Positions 34,938-44,693 of a stretch of DNA of 50,797 bases are shown piece after piece. The stretch lies in NCBI GenBank assembly GCA_964360025.1, contig CAYHUD010000005.1, forward strand, positions 1 through 50,797, read 5' to 3'. Numbering within the stretch: position 1 is the first letter of the stretch; each line of letters opens with the position of its first letter. Source of the DNA: an uncultured Candidatus Saccharibacteria bacterium (lineage in GTDB: Bacteria; Patescibacteriota; Minisyncoccia; UBA6257; JAUSGH01). Under the pieces are notes generated by a model, which worked only from the letters and a program-made list of their open reading frames with translations, did not search any database and was not told the origin of the DNA. The translations under genes and the position numbers were made by a program.

Positions 34938-36707
34938 ATGAACGGAGGAATGTGGGAAGCAAAAAAACTTTTTTCGCCGGTTGTTGTAGTGGCGGTTCTT
35001 TTTTTGGCGATAGTTTATTTGTCGGCCAATTTTTTAACCCCCGGCAAGGCCGCGGCCATTACTGACTTTGATTACACGCCACCGACTGCTGTCGTTGGTA
35101 CTTTTGTTACCGGCACAAACACTAAGATAGCTACATTTACCGCTATCACCGAGATTACAGAAGCTAGTACAATTATCCTCACTCTTCCTTTGAATACGAC
35201 TCTGGCTGGTATTGTGAATACCGACTTCGCTATCGTTCAGGCGACGACTACGACGGGTGTCGCCGGCGCTACTACGAGTCCTACCGCCATCGCTTTCAAT
35301 GACAGTAACGACTCCATCACTTTCACGGTCGCTTCCTCTACCCGTGCCAACGGCGGCACTGGCAACGGCAAGGGTCTTGTTACGATCGTGCTTACGTCCA
35401 CCGCTGCTGGCACCGAAATCCGACACCCGACGACAGCAACGACGACCGCTACCTCCAGCGTTGTTACTTCCGTTGGTGACTCGGCGACACAGACAGGCCT
35501 TTCTTTTACGCACGATGTCGCTAATCAATTTGTTATCACTAACCCGACCGATGGCACAGTGGATGCGGCTGTTACGGTAACAGTCCAGCTTTTAGATCAG
35601 TTCCTCAACCGTATCACAAGCGGAGCCGATATGAGCAAGGATGTCGCTATTGTGGCGAGTGGTTCGACTACCGGAGAGGGAACTGTTGATATCGTCGCCG
35701 GTGTGGGTACAAAAGCTCTCTCCGATCGTGTAGCAGAAACCGTAGATCTTACCCTTGACGACGTTGATGATAACGCTTTTGCGACTACCAGCGTTCAGAA
35801 TCTTATCTTTGCTCATGGTGTATCTACTGATATTGCGGTAGTCACCCAGCCGTCGGAAACTCTTCCGTCTACATCTATGTCCCCGAGTGTCGTTTTGAGA
35901 ATTACTGATCAATACCTGAATACTAATACCGACGAAGTAAGTAACGTTACTGTTGTTATCGGCACCAACCCCGCAGGCGGAGCTTTGACAGGTACTTTAA
36001 CGCGTGCAGCGGTAGCCGGTGTGGCAACATTTAACGATTTGAAGGTAGATACTGCAGGTACGGGATACACATTTGTCGGTTCCGCTACGGGAGTTACGAG
36101 TACGACAACGTCCGCGTTCAATATCTCAGCTACTGCGAGCGGCGCCACATATTCAAGAAGCAGCGCTCCTCTGGCTAGCCCCGAGCTTTTAGTGGTTCCT
36201 TCGGAGTTTGTAGAGGCCACAACAACAGCCACAACAACGGCTACGACGGCGGCTACACCGGAACCCCCCGCGGTGGTAGTGGGAGGAACATCCCCGGAGA
36301 CTCCTGCCAGCAAAGTAATGGAGGTTGTAGGAAGTAAAATTTTAGTTGCCGGTTGGACTGCCGACGATACACTAGAGGCATCACGGGAATTGATCGCTTT
36401 CTTGCAAAGCACTGATGGTCTTAATACCCTTATTGATTCCCAGATTGATTTTGGGAACTACGATTCTGCTTATGATCTTTCATATGGTGATAGCGGAGAA
36501 AGAGTTAAGGAATTACAGGCATTCTTAATTTCTTATAACTCCGGTCCAGAGGCGATGACGCTTAAAGCCGTTGGCCCCACAGGATACTTTGGTCCTTTGA
36601 CTAGAGCTGCGCTTGCTGAATATCAGCTGAAGAATAAGATATATCCGGCCGCTGGCTATCTTGGTCCAAAGACGATGAGGCAACTGAAAATCTGGTTAGG
36701 TAGGTAA
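34938..36707 (+). CDS. Large Thr-rich surface protein with Ig-like domains and C-terminal peptidoglycan-binding domain
   Basis: Signal/TM segment, Thr/Val-rich beta repeats, AVAGVATFNDL, LSYGDSGERVKELQ.FL...TGYFGPLTRAAL.EYQ...GYLGPKT. Confidence 0.82.
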   Translation: MNGGMWEAKKLFSPVVVVAVLFLAIVYLSANFLTPGKAAAITDFDYTPPTAVVGTFVTGTNTKIATFTAITEITEASTIILTLPLNTTLAGIVNTDFAIVQATTTTGVAGATTSPTAIAFNDSNDSITFTVASSTRANGGTGNGKGLVTIVLTSTAAGTEIRHPTTATTTATSSVVTSVGDSATQTGLSFTHDVANQFVITNPTDGTVDAAVTVTVQLLDQFLNRITSGADMSKDVAIVASGSTTGEGTVDIVAGVGTKALSDRVAETVDLTLDDVDDNAFATTSVQNLIFAHGVSTDIAVVTQPSETLPSTSMSPSVVLRITDQYLNTNTDEVSNVTVVIGTNPAGGALTGTLTRAAVAGVATFNDLKVDTAGTGYTFVGSATGVTSTTTSAFNISATASGATYSRSSAPLASPELLVVPSEFVEATTTATTTATTAATPEPPAVVVGGTSPETPASKVMEVVGSKILVAGWTADDTLEASRELIAFLQSTDGLNTLIDSQIDFGNYDSAYDLSYGDSGERVKELQAFLISYNSGPEAMTLKAVGPTGYFGPLTRAALAEYQLKNKIYPAAGYLGPKTMRQLKIWLGR

Positions 36708-36800
36708 GATGCACAAAACCACCTCGCTTAGGGGTGGTTTTGTCATTTGCGCCTAAGAAGGGGTTTTAATTGGGGCGAATCTGGCTTAGAATAGTTGTAT

Positions 36801-38258
36801 ATGAAATTAAAAGTTCCCGCGGAAATAGAAGAGATAGCCGAGAAACTGCAAAAGCAAGGTTATTCGGCTTATCTTGTGGGCGGTTGTATCCGCGATCTTT
36901 TGTTAAAGAATGAACCGAAAGATTGGGATATTACTACTGACGCGCGTCCGGAGGAAATCCAAAAACTTTTCCCCGAGAGTGTTTATGAAAATGATTTCGG
37001 CACAGTGGGAGTTAAAACGGGATCAGAAACGCCGTCTCTCCGGATTGTGGAGATAACAACTTTCCGATTGGAGGGGAGGTATACCGACAAGAGGCATCCT
37101 GACGAAATAAAATTTGCAAAAACCGTGGAAGAGGACCTGTCGCGCCGTGATTTTACGGTAAACGCGCTGGCCTTTGATCTGAATAAAGAAATAATCATTG
37201 ATCCTTTTTCAGGAAAGGAAGATTTAGAAAATAAAATTATTCGCGCGGTGGGAGACCCCGTTACCCGTTTTAATGAAGACGCTCTGCGCCTGCTCCGCGC
37301 CGTGCGTTTTTCAGCACAGCTTGGTTTTAAGGTGGAGGATAATACCGCGGAAGCATTAAAACGCGGGGCGCATCTTTTGGAGATCGTTTCCAACGAGCGG
37401 ATTCGCGATGAGTTTATGAAACTAATTATGACACCGCGGGCGGCGGAGGGGATAGAGGCATTAGTGGGTACAGGACTTATGAGGTTTATCGTGCCGGAGA
37501 TTTTAGAGGGTGTGGGTATCGCTCAAAACAAGCACCATATTTACACGGTTTACGAGCATAATCTTAAAGCTTTGGAATACGCTGTTAAGAAAAATTACTC
37601 TTTAGGGGTGCGCTTGGCCTCTTTTTTCCACGATGTAGGGAAGCCGCGCACGAAACGTGGCGAGGGCCCCGACGCAACTTTCCATGGGCACGAGGTGGTG
37701 GGCGCCAAGATGGTTTTGAAAATTATGGATAAGCTGCGCTTTCCGAAAGAAGTTATTGAATATGTCGCGCATCTGGTGCGCTGGCATATGTTTTATTACA
37801 ATGTCGGCGAGGTAAGCGAGGCGGGGGTGCGCCGGTTTTTGCGTCGCATCGGGACCGAGTGTCTGGACGATCTTTTGAGAGTTCGCGAGGCGGATCGCAT
37901 CGGAAGTGGCGTTCCCAAAGCCGTGCCTTACAAACTGCGCCACCTGATGTTTATGATAGATAAAGTTAAGCGCGACCCGATCAGCCCTAAAGCGCTAAAG
38001 ATTGACGGAAATGAAGTTATGAAAATATTGGGCGTGGAACCCGGGCCGCGGATCGGGCATATTTTGGCGTTGCTTTTAGAGGAGGTTATCGAAAAACCAG
38101 AGTTAAACGACAGAGAAATTTTAATTACTCGCTTGCAGGAATTAAATAAGATGACGGACGCCGAACTTGCGGGACTGCGTAAAAAAGCCGAGGCGGTGAA
38201 AGACGAATTTGAAGCGGCGGCAGAGAAGGAGATAAAAAGGAAACACAAGGTTCAGTAG
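36801..38258 (+). CDS. cca: CCA tRNA nucleotidyltransferase with HD domain
   Basis: YLVGGCIRD, DWDITTDA, EITTFR, DLSRRDFTVNA, RFNEDALRLLRAVRF, SNERIRDE, HDVGKP. Confidence 0.92.
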   Translation: MKLKVPAEIEEIAEKLQKQGYSAYLVGGCIRDLLLKNEPKDWDITTDARPEEIQKLFPESVYENDFGTVGVKTGSETPSLRIVEITTFRLEGRYTDKRHPDEIKFAKTVEEDLSRRDFTVNALAFDLNKEIIIDPFSGKEDLENKIIRAVGDPVTRFNEDALRLLRAVRFSAQLGFKVEDNTAEALKRGAHLLEIVSNERIRDEFMKLIMTPRAAEGIEALVGTGLMRFIVPEILEGVGIAQNKHHIYTVYEHNLKALEYAVKKNYSLGVRLASFFHDVGKPRTKRGEGPDATFHGHEVVGAKMVLKIMDKLRFPKEVIEYVAHLVRWHMFYYNVGEVSEAGVRRFLRRIGTECLDDLLRVREADRIGSGVPKAVPYKLRHLMFMIDKVKRDPISPKALKIDGNEVMKILGVEPGPRIGHILALLLEEVIEKPELNDREILITRLQELNKMTDAELAGLRKKAEAVKDEFEAAAEKEIKRKHKVQ

Positions 38259-38326
38259 AGTTGAGATTTTATGGTGATTCTTCTATTATAACTATCAATC
38301 TTTGAAAATCTAGGCGGGAGGCGGGT

Positions 38327-39487
38327 ATGGCTGAAGATTGGGCGGTAAATCCGGTAGAAGAACCGATTCGCCTGCCTGGTAGTCCCTTTTGGAATGTCTT
38401 CAGGCGTTTCGGCCGTGACGAAACGATAGCTCTCGTTATCAATGTCTGCGGTACCGCCGTCATGAGCTGTTTCACAACGTCCATTTTTTTACTTTCCATC
38501 GCCGGCCCCATCGTGGAGAAGATTGGTTTTTTTCCGGCGCACTTTTACGAGGCGTTTACTGTCTACAAGACAACTCCCCGGGAGCGGAGAAAAAAACTTC
38601 GGATTTATTTTGGGAAGGCCTGCAAAAACGGAGCGGTAAGTCTCACGGAAGATATCTTAATTCACGATCCTCTTTACGTTTTACTCTTTGCGCTTGTTTT
38701 GGCCTACCCGGGCGTGCCGCCTTGGCTTCTCGCAGGCTTCAGTTTTGTTGTTGCCATGGTTGCCGTGACTTTTTTGGAGGTCGCCTTTGTTGAAGCGGGA
38801 TACCGATTTTTCCAAAGACGTTTGCGGAGATGTGGTTTTGAATTGGAGTCCTATTATGAATCGCGTTTTTTGGTGAAGGCGGATAACGAAGAAATGGGGC
38901 GGCTGGTGCAGAAATTGAGCGCTGAATTTCATTTAAGCTTTATCGAAGACAAGTCTTACCAAGATTTGTATTTTGAGCATAAGCTTATTGGTTATTCCGG
39001 GCGCCGTCCGGTTCTACGTTTGCGAGAGAGGACTTTGGGGCCGTCTGATGTAAGGTGGATCAATAGTCATCCCGAGAGAGACGCGGAACAGTTCCTGCGT
39101 ACGGCACAGATTGTTTATAGCCGCGCCAACGAAGCGAACAGAAATCATTTGGATCAGTATCGATTTTTCGTGATTCGCAAGGAGAAGTTCTATCTTTTAC
39201 TTAATGCGCCGATGCCGGACGCGATTGAGGGCGTTAGCGGTTGCGACTTGAGGAAAGTAGCACGAAGCGGTACGGCAATTAAGGAGGTGCGCTTTCGAAG
39301 AACTGTTTTGAAAAACGGGGAAGTGGATCTGGTTGTGGCGATAGATCGTTCGCGGAAAAACAATTTTTGCCTCGTAGAGCTTAAGACATTTAAAGACATC
39401 ACCCTGCTTTTGAGGGTCATGCGACTGATTATGTTGGAGTCTTCGGCTGTGCAGATGACCGCGCAGAAACTGGATTGGGATTTTTAG
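38327..39487 (+). CDS. Hypothetical membrane protein with CYTH-like C-terminal domain
   Basis: N-terminal TMs; YESRF, YQDLYF, LRLRER, RFRR, VELK pattern. Confidence 0.6.
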   Translation: MAEDWAVNPVEEPIRLPGSPFWNVFRRFGRDETIALVINVCGTAVMSCFTTSIFLLSIAGPIVEKIGFFPAHFYEAFTVYKTTPRERRKKLRIYFGKACKNGAVSLTEDILIHDPLYVLLFALVLAYPGVPPWLLAGFSFVVAMVAVTFLEVAFVEAGYRFFQRRLRRCGFELESYYESRFLVKADNEEMGRLVQKLSAEFHLSFIEDKSYQDLYFEHKLIGYSGRRPVLRLRERTLGPSDVRWINSHPERDAEQFLRTAQIVYSRANEANRNHLDQYRFFVIRKEKFYLLLNAPMPDAIEGVSGCDLRKVARSGTAIKEVRFRRTVLKNGEVDLVVAIDRSRKNNFCLVELKTFKDITLLLRVMRLIMLESSAVQMTAQKLDWDF

Positions 39488-39521
39488 AGTTTAGGAATTA
39501 CAAAAGAGGTGGGGAGATAAC

Positions 39522-39719
39522 ATGAAGATCAACAGGGAGGCGGCTTGGGTTGGTATGGTTTTGAGATGTGACTGTGGATGCGAATTTCAACTGGAAAAGG
39601 AAGACAGAAGGAGAATCCGTCATTATTGGCATCCCGGACAAACAAATGAGGGGTATTATTATGTAGGGTGCCCGCAATGCAGGAAAAGAGTTAAGCTCGA
39701 GGGCATAAGAGCAATCTGA
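39522..39719 (+). CDS. Small zinc-ribbon protein
   Basis: CDCGC...CPQC; RBS upstream and terminator downstream. Confidence 0.65.
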   Translation: MKINREAAWVGMVLRCDCGCEFQLEKEDRRRIRHYWHPGQTNEGYYYVGCPQCRKRVKLEGIRAI

Positions 39720-39787
39720 AAATCTCCCGCCACGGCAATGGCGGGCTTTCTTTTTCTCATAAATTACCCTATATTTAAGTGGTCTTA

Positions 39788-39840
39788 CGGGGAGTAGTAT
39801 ACTCGCCTCGCTGAAGCTTGAGCGAAGCGGGTCGGCAGTA
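39788..39840 (+). pseudogene. 5' fragment of a tRNA-Pro with a 30-bp hairpin inserted in the D-loop
   Basis: cggggagtagtata[ctcgcctcgctgaagcttgagcgaagcggg]tcggcagta matches the 5' end of the adjacent tRNA-Pro; ends at tcccgttagagat. Confidence 0.7.
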
Positions 39841-39857
39841 TCCCGTTAGAGATATTC

Positions 39858-39928
39858 CGGGCTGTAGTATATCGGCAGTACACACGCTTCGGGTGCGTGA
39901 AGGCTGGGTTCGATTCCCAGCAGCCCGA
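39858..39928 (+). tRNA. tRNA-Pro(CGG)
   Basis: Acceptor cgggctg/cagcccg, anticodon arm cacgc-ttCGGgt-gcgtg, T arm ctggg-ttcgatt-cccag; CCA not encoded. Confidence 0.93.
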
Positions 39929-39963
39929 CAATTAATGTGAAGCGTTATTATATTTGACTATAT

Positions 39964-40683
39964 ATGCATCATTTTTTTATACCGCCTCAAGATATCCAGG
40001 GACGCATTGCAAAAATATCCGATCTTGAAACTATCAAGCAAATTTCCCGGGTCCTTCGGCTTGTTTCCGGCGAGGAGATTTTGCTTTTAGACGGCGATGG
40101 CTTGGAGTACGTCTCCCGTATTATTAAAGTCAACAGCCGTGAATGTTCTGCTGAGATTTTAAAACGTCAGATGAATATGAACGAGCCGGAACTAAAAATC
40201 GCCATTTTTCAGGCGTTGATCAAGAAAGATAATATGGAGTGGGTTGTGCAGAAGGGGACGGAAGTGGGCGCTTCGGTTTTTGTGCCGGTTCTGGCTGAAC
40301 GGAGTGAAAAAAAAGGTTTTAACCCGGAGCGCGCGCAAAAGATTTTAAAGGAAGCTTCAGAGCAGTCCCATCGCGGTATTATTCCATCGCTTTCCGAGCC
40401 GCAGGACTTCTTGCATATTTTAAAAGCGGTTGCCACAAGCGATATCCCGACGATGTTTCTGCATACCGAGGGCGAACCGATTAAGAATTTTTCTTCCAAT
40501 AAGCATCTTTATGCTCTGAATATATTTGTGGGTCCCGAGGGTGGGTGGAGTGAGGCCGAACTGGAGGCGGTTCGTTTGGCGATCCGCTCGGGCGCGCCTA
40601 TTGAGATGGTCAATCTGGGTTCGCGCGTCCTGCGCGCCGAGACGGCGGGGCTTCTTGCGGCGGGAATAATGTTGAATAGGTAA
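39964..40683 (+). CDS. rsmE: 16S rRNA m3U1498 methyltransferase
   Basis: RVLRL, VQKGTEVG, EASEQSHRG, FVGPEGGWS, LGSRVLRAETA. Confidence 0.95.
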   Translation: MHHFFIPPQDIQGRIAKISDLETIKQISRVLRLVSGEEILLLDGDGLEYVSRIIKVNSRECSAEILKRQMNMNEPELKIAIFQALIKKDNMEWVVQKGTEVGASVFVPVLAERSEKKGFNPERAQKILKEASEQSHRGIIPSLSEPQDFLHILKAVATSDIPTMFLHTEGEPIKNFSSNKHLYALNIFVGPEGGWSEAELEAVRLAIRSGAPIEMVNLGSRVLRAETAGLLAAGIMLNR

Positions 40684-40698
40684 GTAAAAAATCCCCGA

Positions 40699-41637
40699 CT
40701 AGGCTTTGTCGGGGTTCAGGGCATCAAGTACCTCTATTTTGTCATTATCAGAACCGGTGAGGACTATAACCTTGTGGGGTATTTCGGGGGGCAACCAGAA
40801 ATTTTTTTGGCTGGCCATAATCGCTTCGTGTTCGTCGCGAGTGATATCGCCTCGTTTGCTGATGTTTTGTGCGAGAAGCGCTTCCGAGGCATGCATGACG
40901 ATAAAGCGCAGGTTTATCTCATGGCGACACTCGGCATAAAGCGTCAGCGCGCCCGCGGGCGTGAGAGCTATGATTCCGCTTTGGTTTTTCAAGACAGCCT
41001 TGATCTCGTCAAGCGAACAGCCCCAATAGAAGCCGTTATGGTGTTCGTGCTCCAGGAAGAAGAAATTTGCCAGCCCTTCGCGGAATTCCTCGTCGCTCAA
41101 GAAGAAGTAGGATTCCACGTCGGCGGAATTTCTCTGCATGCGCGTGGTAAAAGTTTTGACGCGATGGATACGTCCCTGATAATAGTTAAGAGCTTTTTGA
41201 GACCAGTGTGTTTTACCGACTCCCTTTGGTCCCACAAAGACATAAAGCTTATGGGCTCCCCGGATTTCCGCGAGCACATCGCCGAACTCATCCTTTAGAT
41301 TGTCGTAGTATTTTTCCCATTCCGGATCAAAATCCACAAAGACGCGGAATTCTCCCTCCCTGTCTAGCCAGTGGCGCGTCTCTTTCATCACGCCCTCGGC
41401 AATGCCGAGAATTCCCATGTCATCGCAGCTGTCTAGGATGCCGATGTCAAATTTGAGAGTGCGTGCGCGGCCGATACGCGGGTTACCCTCGGAGTCTTCA
41501 TAACCCAGAGCGTCAAAAGGAACTGTGGGAGCGTATCCCTTCTTTCTCATCAGGACCTTTGCTTCCTCCCCGCGCTTTCTAAGACGCGTAGGCAGGGCGC
41601 AATAGATGATTTTTCCACGACTGCCGAAGTTCATCAC
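40699..41637 (-). CDS. Fusion of a DUF4406/NDT-like N-terminal domain and a guanylate-kinase-like domain
   Basis: C-terminal VGPKGVGKT, TFTTR, YFFLS.EEF, FLE, YWG; N-terminal IIYC...CDDM.I.G...G...E. Confidence 0.7.
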   Translation of the reverse strand: MMNFGSRGKIIYCALPTRLRKRGEEAKVLMRKKGYAPTVPFDALGYEDSEGNPRIGRARTLKFDIGILDSCDDMGILGIAEGVMKETRHWLDREGEFRVFVDFDPEWEKYYDNLKDEFGDVLAEIRGAHKLYVFVGPKGVGKTHWSQKALNYYQGRIHRVKTFTTRMQRNSADVESYFFLSDEEFREGLANFFFLEHEHHNGFYWGCSLDEIKAVLKNQSGIIALTPAGALTLYAECRHEINLRFIVMHASEALLAQNISKRGDITRDEHEAIMASQKNFWLPPEIPHKVIVLTGSDNDKIEVLDALNPDKA

Positions 41638-41791
41638 CCTCCCCCCAAATCAAAGAGCTTTGAAGTTAGATTATCAGATTATTCATTTATAGCCAACGGT
41701 TTTATCCTTTGTTTGACATCGTTAAGTAAAAGTATTATTTTTCAAGGGGTTCATCGCCACCATTAGTTTAGTCGGGAGGTGTTGTGTGGGC

Positions 41792-42850
41792 ATGAAGGAA
41801 AATTATGGTATTCATCGCGTCATTGCGCCATACGGTTCCGTGCCCCAGGCGGCGAGATTGTTGAATAACGCCCCCCGTCTTTTGAATCAGAAGGAAGTTT
41901 TGATTGATGTTCATACGCTCCAGCTGGACTCCACGAGCATGCGTGATCTGCGGACATATCGCGGCTATGATGACGGTGTGCGAGATGAGATTTTGAAGAT
42001 AGTGGAAAAAAGCGGGAAGATGCAGAATCCCCGCACCGGATCGGGCGGGGTGTTTGTGGGGAAAGTAAGGGAGATTGGTAGCGAACGCGCTGATTTCCCA
42101 CATCGAGTCGGCGACGAAGTCATCTCTCTTGTCTCTCTGACCGCGGTGCCTTTGCATCTGGAGTCGGTCGGAGAAATTCACGGGGATCAGGTTGCGGTTC
42201 GCGGCACGGCTGTATTTTTCCCTTGCTATCATTTGGCGAAAGTTCCGGATGATTTCTCGGCAAGTGTTGCACTCGCGGCGCTGGATATTTCTTCTCTTGT
42301 GCCACAAGTGGAACGCATCATGGATTTTCCCGACGGTAGTTATTGTTTTCAAAAGTTTTTTATCATCGGTTGCGGCAAGGCGGGAGTGACTGCGGCGGCG
42401 CTTCTACGCGATCGCGGCGGTTGTCCCACGACGATCGCGGCGGTTGATTTCTCGGAAAATCAGCTTGCAACTATGAAAGAGCTGGGATATGTCGGCGACG
42501 TGTTTAACCGGAATCTTCTGGGTCAACTGGATGCTACAGATGCCGGTAAGATGCTGGAGTTCGCTCATGGGGTAGTGGGGGAATTCGGTTTTGATGTGGT
42601 CATCAATTGCGTCAATGTTCCTGGGACAGAGGCCGCGAGCGTCATCGCGGCAAGGCCTGGCGGCACAGTCATTTTCTTTTCCATGGCCACGAACTTTCAG
42701 AGAGCGGTTCTCTCGACGGACGCCATAGGCAAGGATGTTCGTCTGCTCATGGGCGCGGGGATAGCCAAAGATCAGGACAGGGCAATGCTGGATCTTTTGC
42801 GCAAAGACAAAAAACTCCGTAGTTATTTTGAGGCACTGTGTAAGAGATAG
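41792..42850 (+). CDS. kdd: L-erythro-3,5-diaminohexanoate dehydrogenase-like protein
   Basis: YGIHRVI.P.GSVPQAA..L.N, EVLIDV..LQLDSTS, GKMQNP.TGSGG, SLVSLT..PL, NCVNVPGTE, FFSMATNF. Confidence 0.8.
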   Translation: MKENYGIHRVIAPYGSVPQAARLLNNAPRLLNQKEVLIDVHTLQLDSTSMRDLRTYRGYDDGVRDEILKIVEKSGKMQNPRTGSGGVFVGKVREIGSERADFPHRVGDEVISLVSLTAVPLHLESVGEIHGDQVAVRGTAVFFPCYHLAKVPDDFSASVALAALDISSLVPQVERIMDFPDGSYCFQKFFIIGCGKAGVTAAALLRDRGGCPTTIAAVDFSENQLATMKELGYVGDVFNRNLLGQLDATDAGKMLEFAHGVVGEFGFDVVINCVNVPGTEAASVIAARPGGTVIFFSMATNFQRAVLSTDAIGKDVRLLMGAGIAKDQDRAMLDLLRKDKKLRSYFEALCKR

Positions 42851-42898
42851 TCTTAGCCGTCGCAAGTACCGTTATTCGGTGTCTACGGCGGTTTTTTT

Positions 42899-43033
42899 AT
42901 AAAACAGCATACCCCCCCACTTTTTAGGAGACTAAAAGCGAAGTGCAGCCCTCGTTATAGCCAGAGGCCTGCCTGCCTGTAGGCAGGCACGAGGGCAAAA
43001 CGGTCTCCTAAAAAGTGGGGGTATGCTGTTTAT
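42899..43033. repeat. Palindromic element copy 2: same core as 7907-7977, different inverted arms
   Basis: aaacagcata(c)n actttttaggagac ... gtctcctaaaaagt(g)n tatgctgttt; arms differ only in homopolymer lengths. Confidence 0.85.
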
Positions 43034-43048
43034 GGTAGAATTAAGGTG

Positions 43049-44065
43049 ATGCAGAAAATCATTTCTTTTGTTCTTTCAGAGGCGCCACGGCTCAAGGGCG
43101 GCGAGGCGTTGGCCGTATCGCGGAGCGAAAGCGCCCCGCACTATTTCGGCGCATCCGTGCCCAAGCAGATTCTTTTAGATAAGGAACAGCACGATGTAGG
43201 CGGCAATAAAGTCCAGTTTCTGGTTAAAGCATATCTGCCTGATATTTTGGTAGTGGAGGCGGCCCTGGAAGTGGATGATATTTTTTCTGATAAGGCGTTT
43301 GAACTGCGAGATGCGATGGTTGATAAGTGTCATGCGGTTGTAAAACGCCGTGGCGGAAAGTTTGATTTTAGCGAAGAATATTCAGTAGCGATTGTTTCGG
43401 AGTATGTTGGCGGTCCGGAGCAGTTTTTTGAGTACGGGTCTCGTATCGCTAGCTTTTTAAAATCTGAAAAATTACCCCTTGATGAAAAGGAAGTGGAGTA
43501 TACTCTCGCTTCGCAGATTAAATACGGCAAGGATGATTTAGTCGTTGCCGACTGGGATGGCGCTTTTATCTTTGATCCGCACGGAGAATATCAATCCATC
43601 GTAGAACTGTTCCAGGTAGCTAATCTTCAGCTTCTGCGGTATCGCGTGCTGGATTATGAACTGGACGACCGCTTGAAAAAGGTTAATAAAACTTTGCAAG
43701 GGACTAGCAAGAAACTCACTTTTTTTAAGGATAAGGAATTAGGCGACGCTTTCCGCGATGCCATTGCCACTCGTTCGCGTTCCATTGCCGAGTTTGAAGC
43801 TATGGACCGGGAAATAAAACTAATCGGCGACTGGTACTACGCCCGTCTTTACGAACTAGTCGGGAAAAAAATGAAGCTGGATACCTGGAAAAACTCTATT
43901 AAAGAAAAATTAGATTCCCTGGAAGATGTTTATTCTATTGTTGCCGAAAATTTTAGTATCTCCCGCACGCACTTTTTGGAGTTGATTCAGATTATTCTAT
44001 TCTTTATTCTTCAGGCTGGTTGGTTCGTCTTAATTATTTTGGAGTTTATTTATTTCACGAGATAA
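43049..44065 (+). CDS. Hypothetical protein with C-terminal TM (RMD1/DUF155-like)
   Basis: YGKDDLVVADWDGA, ANLQLL..R.LD, IGDWYYARLY, LELIQIIL. Confidence 0.65.
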   Translation: MQKIISFVLSEAPRLKGGEALAVSRSESAPHYFGASVPKQILLDKEQHDVGGNKVQFLVKAYLPDILVVEAALEVDDIFSDKAFELRDAMVDKCHAVVKRRGGKFDFSEEYSVAIVSEYVGGPEQFFEYGSRIASFLKSEKLPLDEKEVEYTLASQIKYGKDDLVVADWDGAFIFDPHGEYQSIVELFQVANLQLLRYRVLDYELDDRLKKVNKTLQGTSKKLTFFKDKELGDAFRDAIATRSRSIAEFEAMDREIKLIGDWYYARLYELVGKKMKLDTWKNSIKEKLDSLEDVYSIVAENFSISRTHFLELIQIILFFILQAGWFVLIILEFIYFTR

Positions 44066-44070
44066 GGATT

Positions 44071-44565
44071 CTATAATTCCAACGCTTTTTTAACCGCCCC
44101 CAGAGTATCGGGGAATACGGCTAATATTTTCGGCGGGACGCCTGATTTAAATTTGCTTAAGTCTTGGGAGTCTTTAAGGTCCGCGGCGGTTACGAGACGG
44201 ATGCCGCCCGAGTCTGGTCCCAGTCTAATTTTTTCAAGAAAAGAGCTATTTATTTTGACGGCATAAATCTCTCCCCGTTCATTTTTACGTTTGAATTCAG
44301 CAACTTTAATTAACTTTTGCGGACGTAAGATTTTTGCAACCTCCGCGCCCAACTCTTCTTTAGTTTCTCTAAACAGCGCCTCTAAGATCGATTCATTGGG
44401 ATTGATGCCACCATAGACTGTCACCTGGCATCCGCCGGCGTAGTATTGCGGACGATTTTCTTCATGATTAAAAAGCCCCCGTGTTTGGAGCGCCACCACC
44501 TTCCCGCGTTTTGGTATTTCTGTGACAACTAAGAGACCGACTCCTTGACGAATTTCTTTTGACAT
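44071..44565 (-). CDS. NUDIX-fold hydrolase
   Basis: GGINPNESILEALFRETKEELG Nudix box. Confidence 0.8.
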   Translation of the reverse strand: MSKEIRQGVGLLVVTEIPKRGKVVALQTRGLFNHEENRPQYYAGGCQVTVYGGINPNESILEALFRETKEELGAEVAKILRPQKLIKVAEFKRKNERGEIYAVKINSSFLEKIRLGPDSGGIRLVTAADLKDSQDLSKFKSGVPPKILAVFPDTLGAVKKALEL

Positions 44566-44598
44566 AAGAGTTATTCAACTTCTTCGGCAAATCAAATT

Positions 44599-44672
44599 TG
44601 GTGGACCCAGCGAGAATCGAACTCGCGCCTCGGCAATGCGAATGCCGCGTAATACCACTTTACTATGGGCCC
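44599..44672 (-). tRNA. tRNA-Ala(CGC)
   Basis: gggccca/tgggtcc acceptor with G3-U70, cggca-ttCGCat-tgccg, gcgag-ttcgatt-ctcgc, encoded CCA. Confidence 0.95.
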
Positions 44673-44693
44673 TTATTAGTATTTCTAACGGGG

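Noticed and set aside
36217-36260. acaacaacagcc tandem repeat
   Set aside because: It encodes an ordinary Thr/Ala linker in a surface protein.
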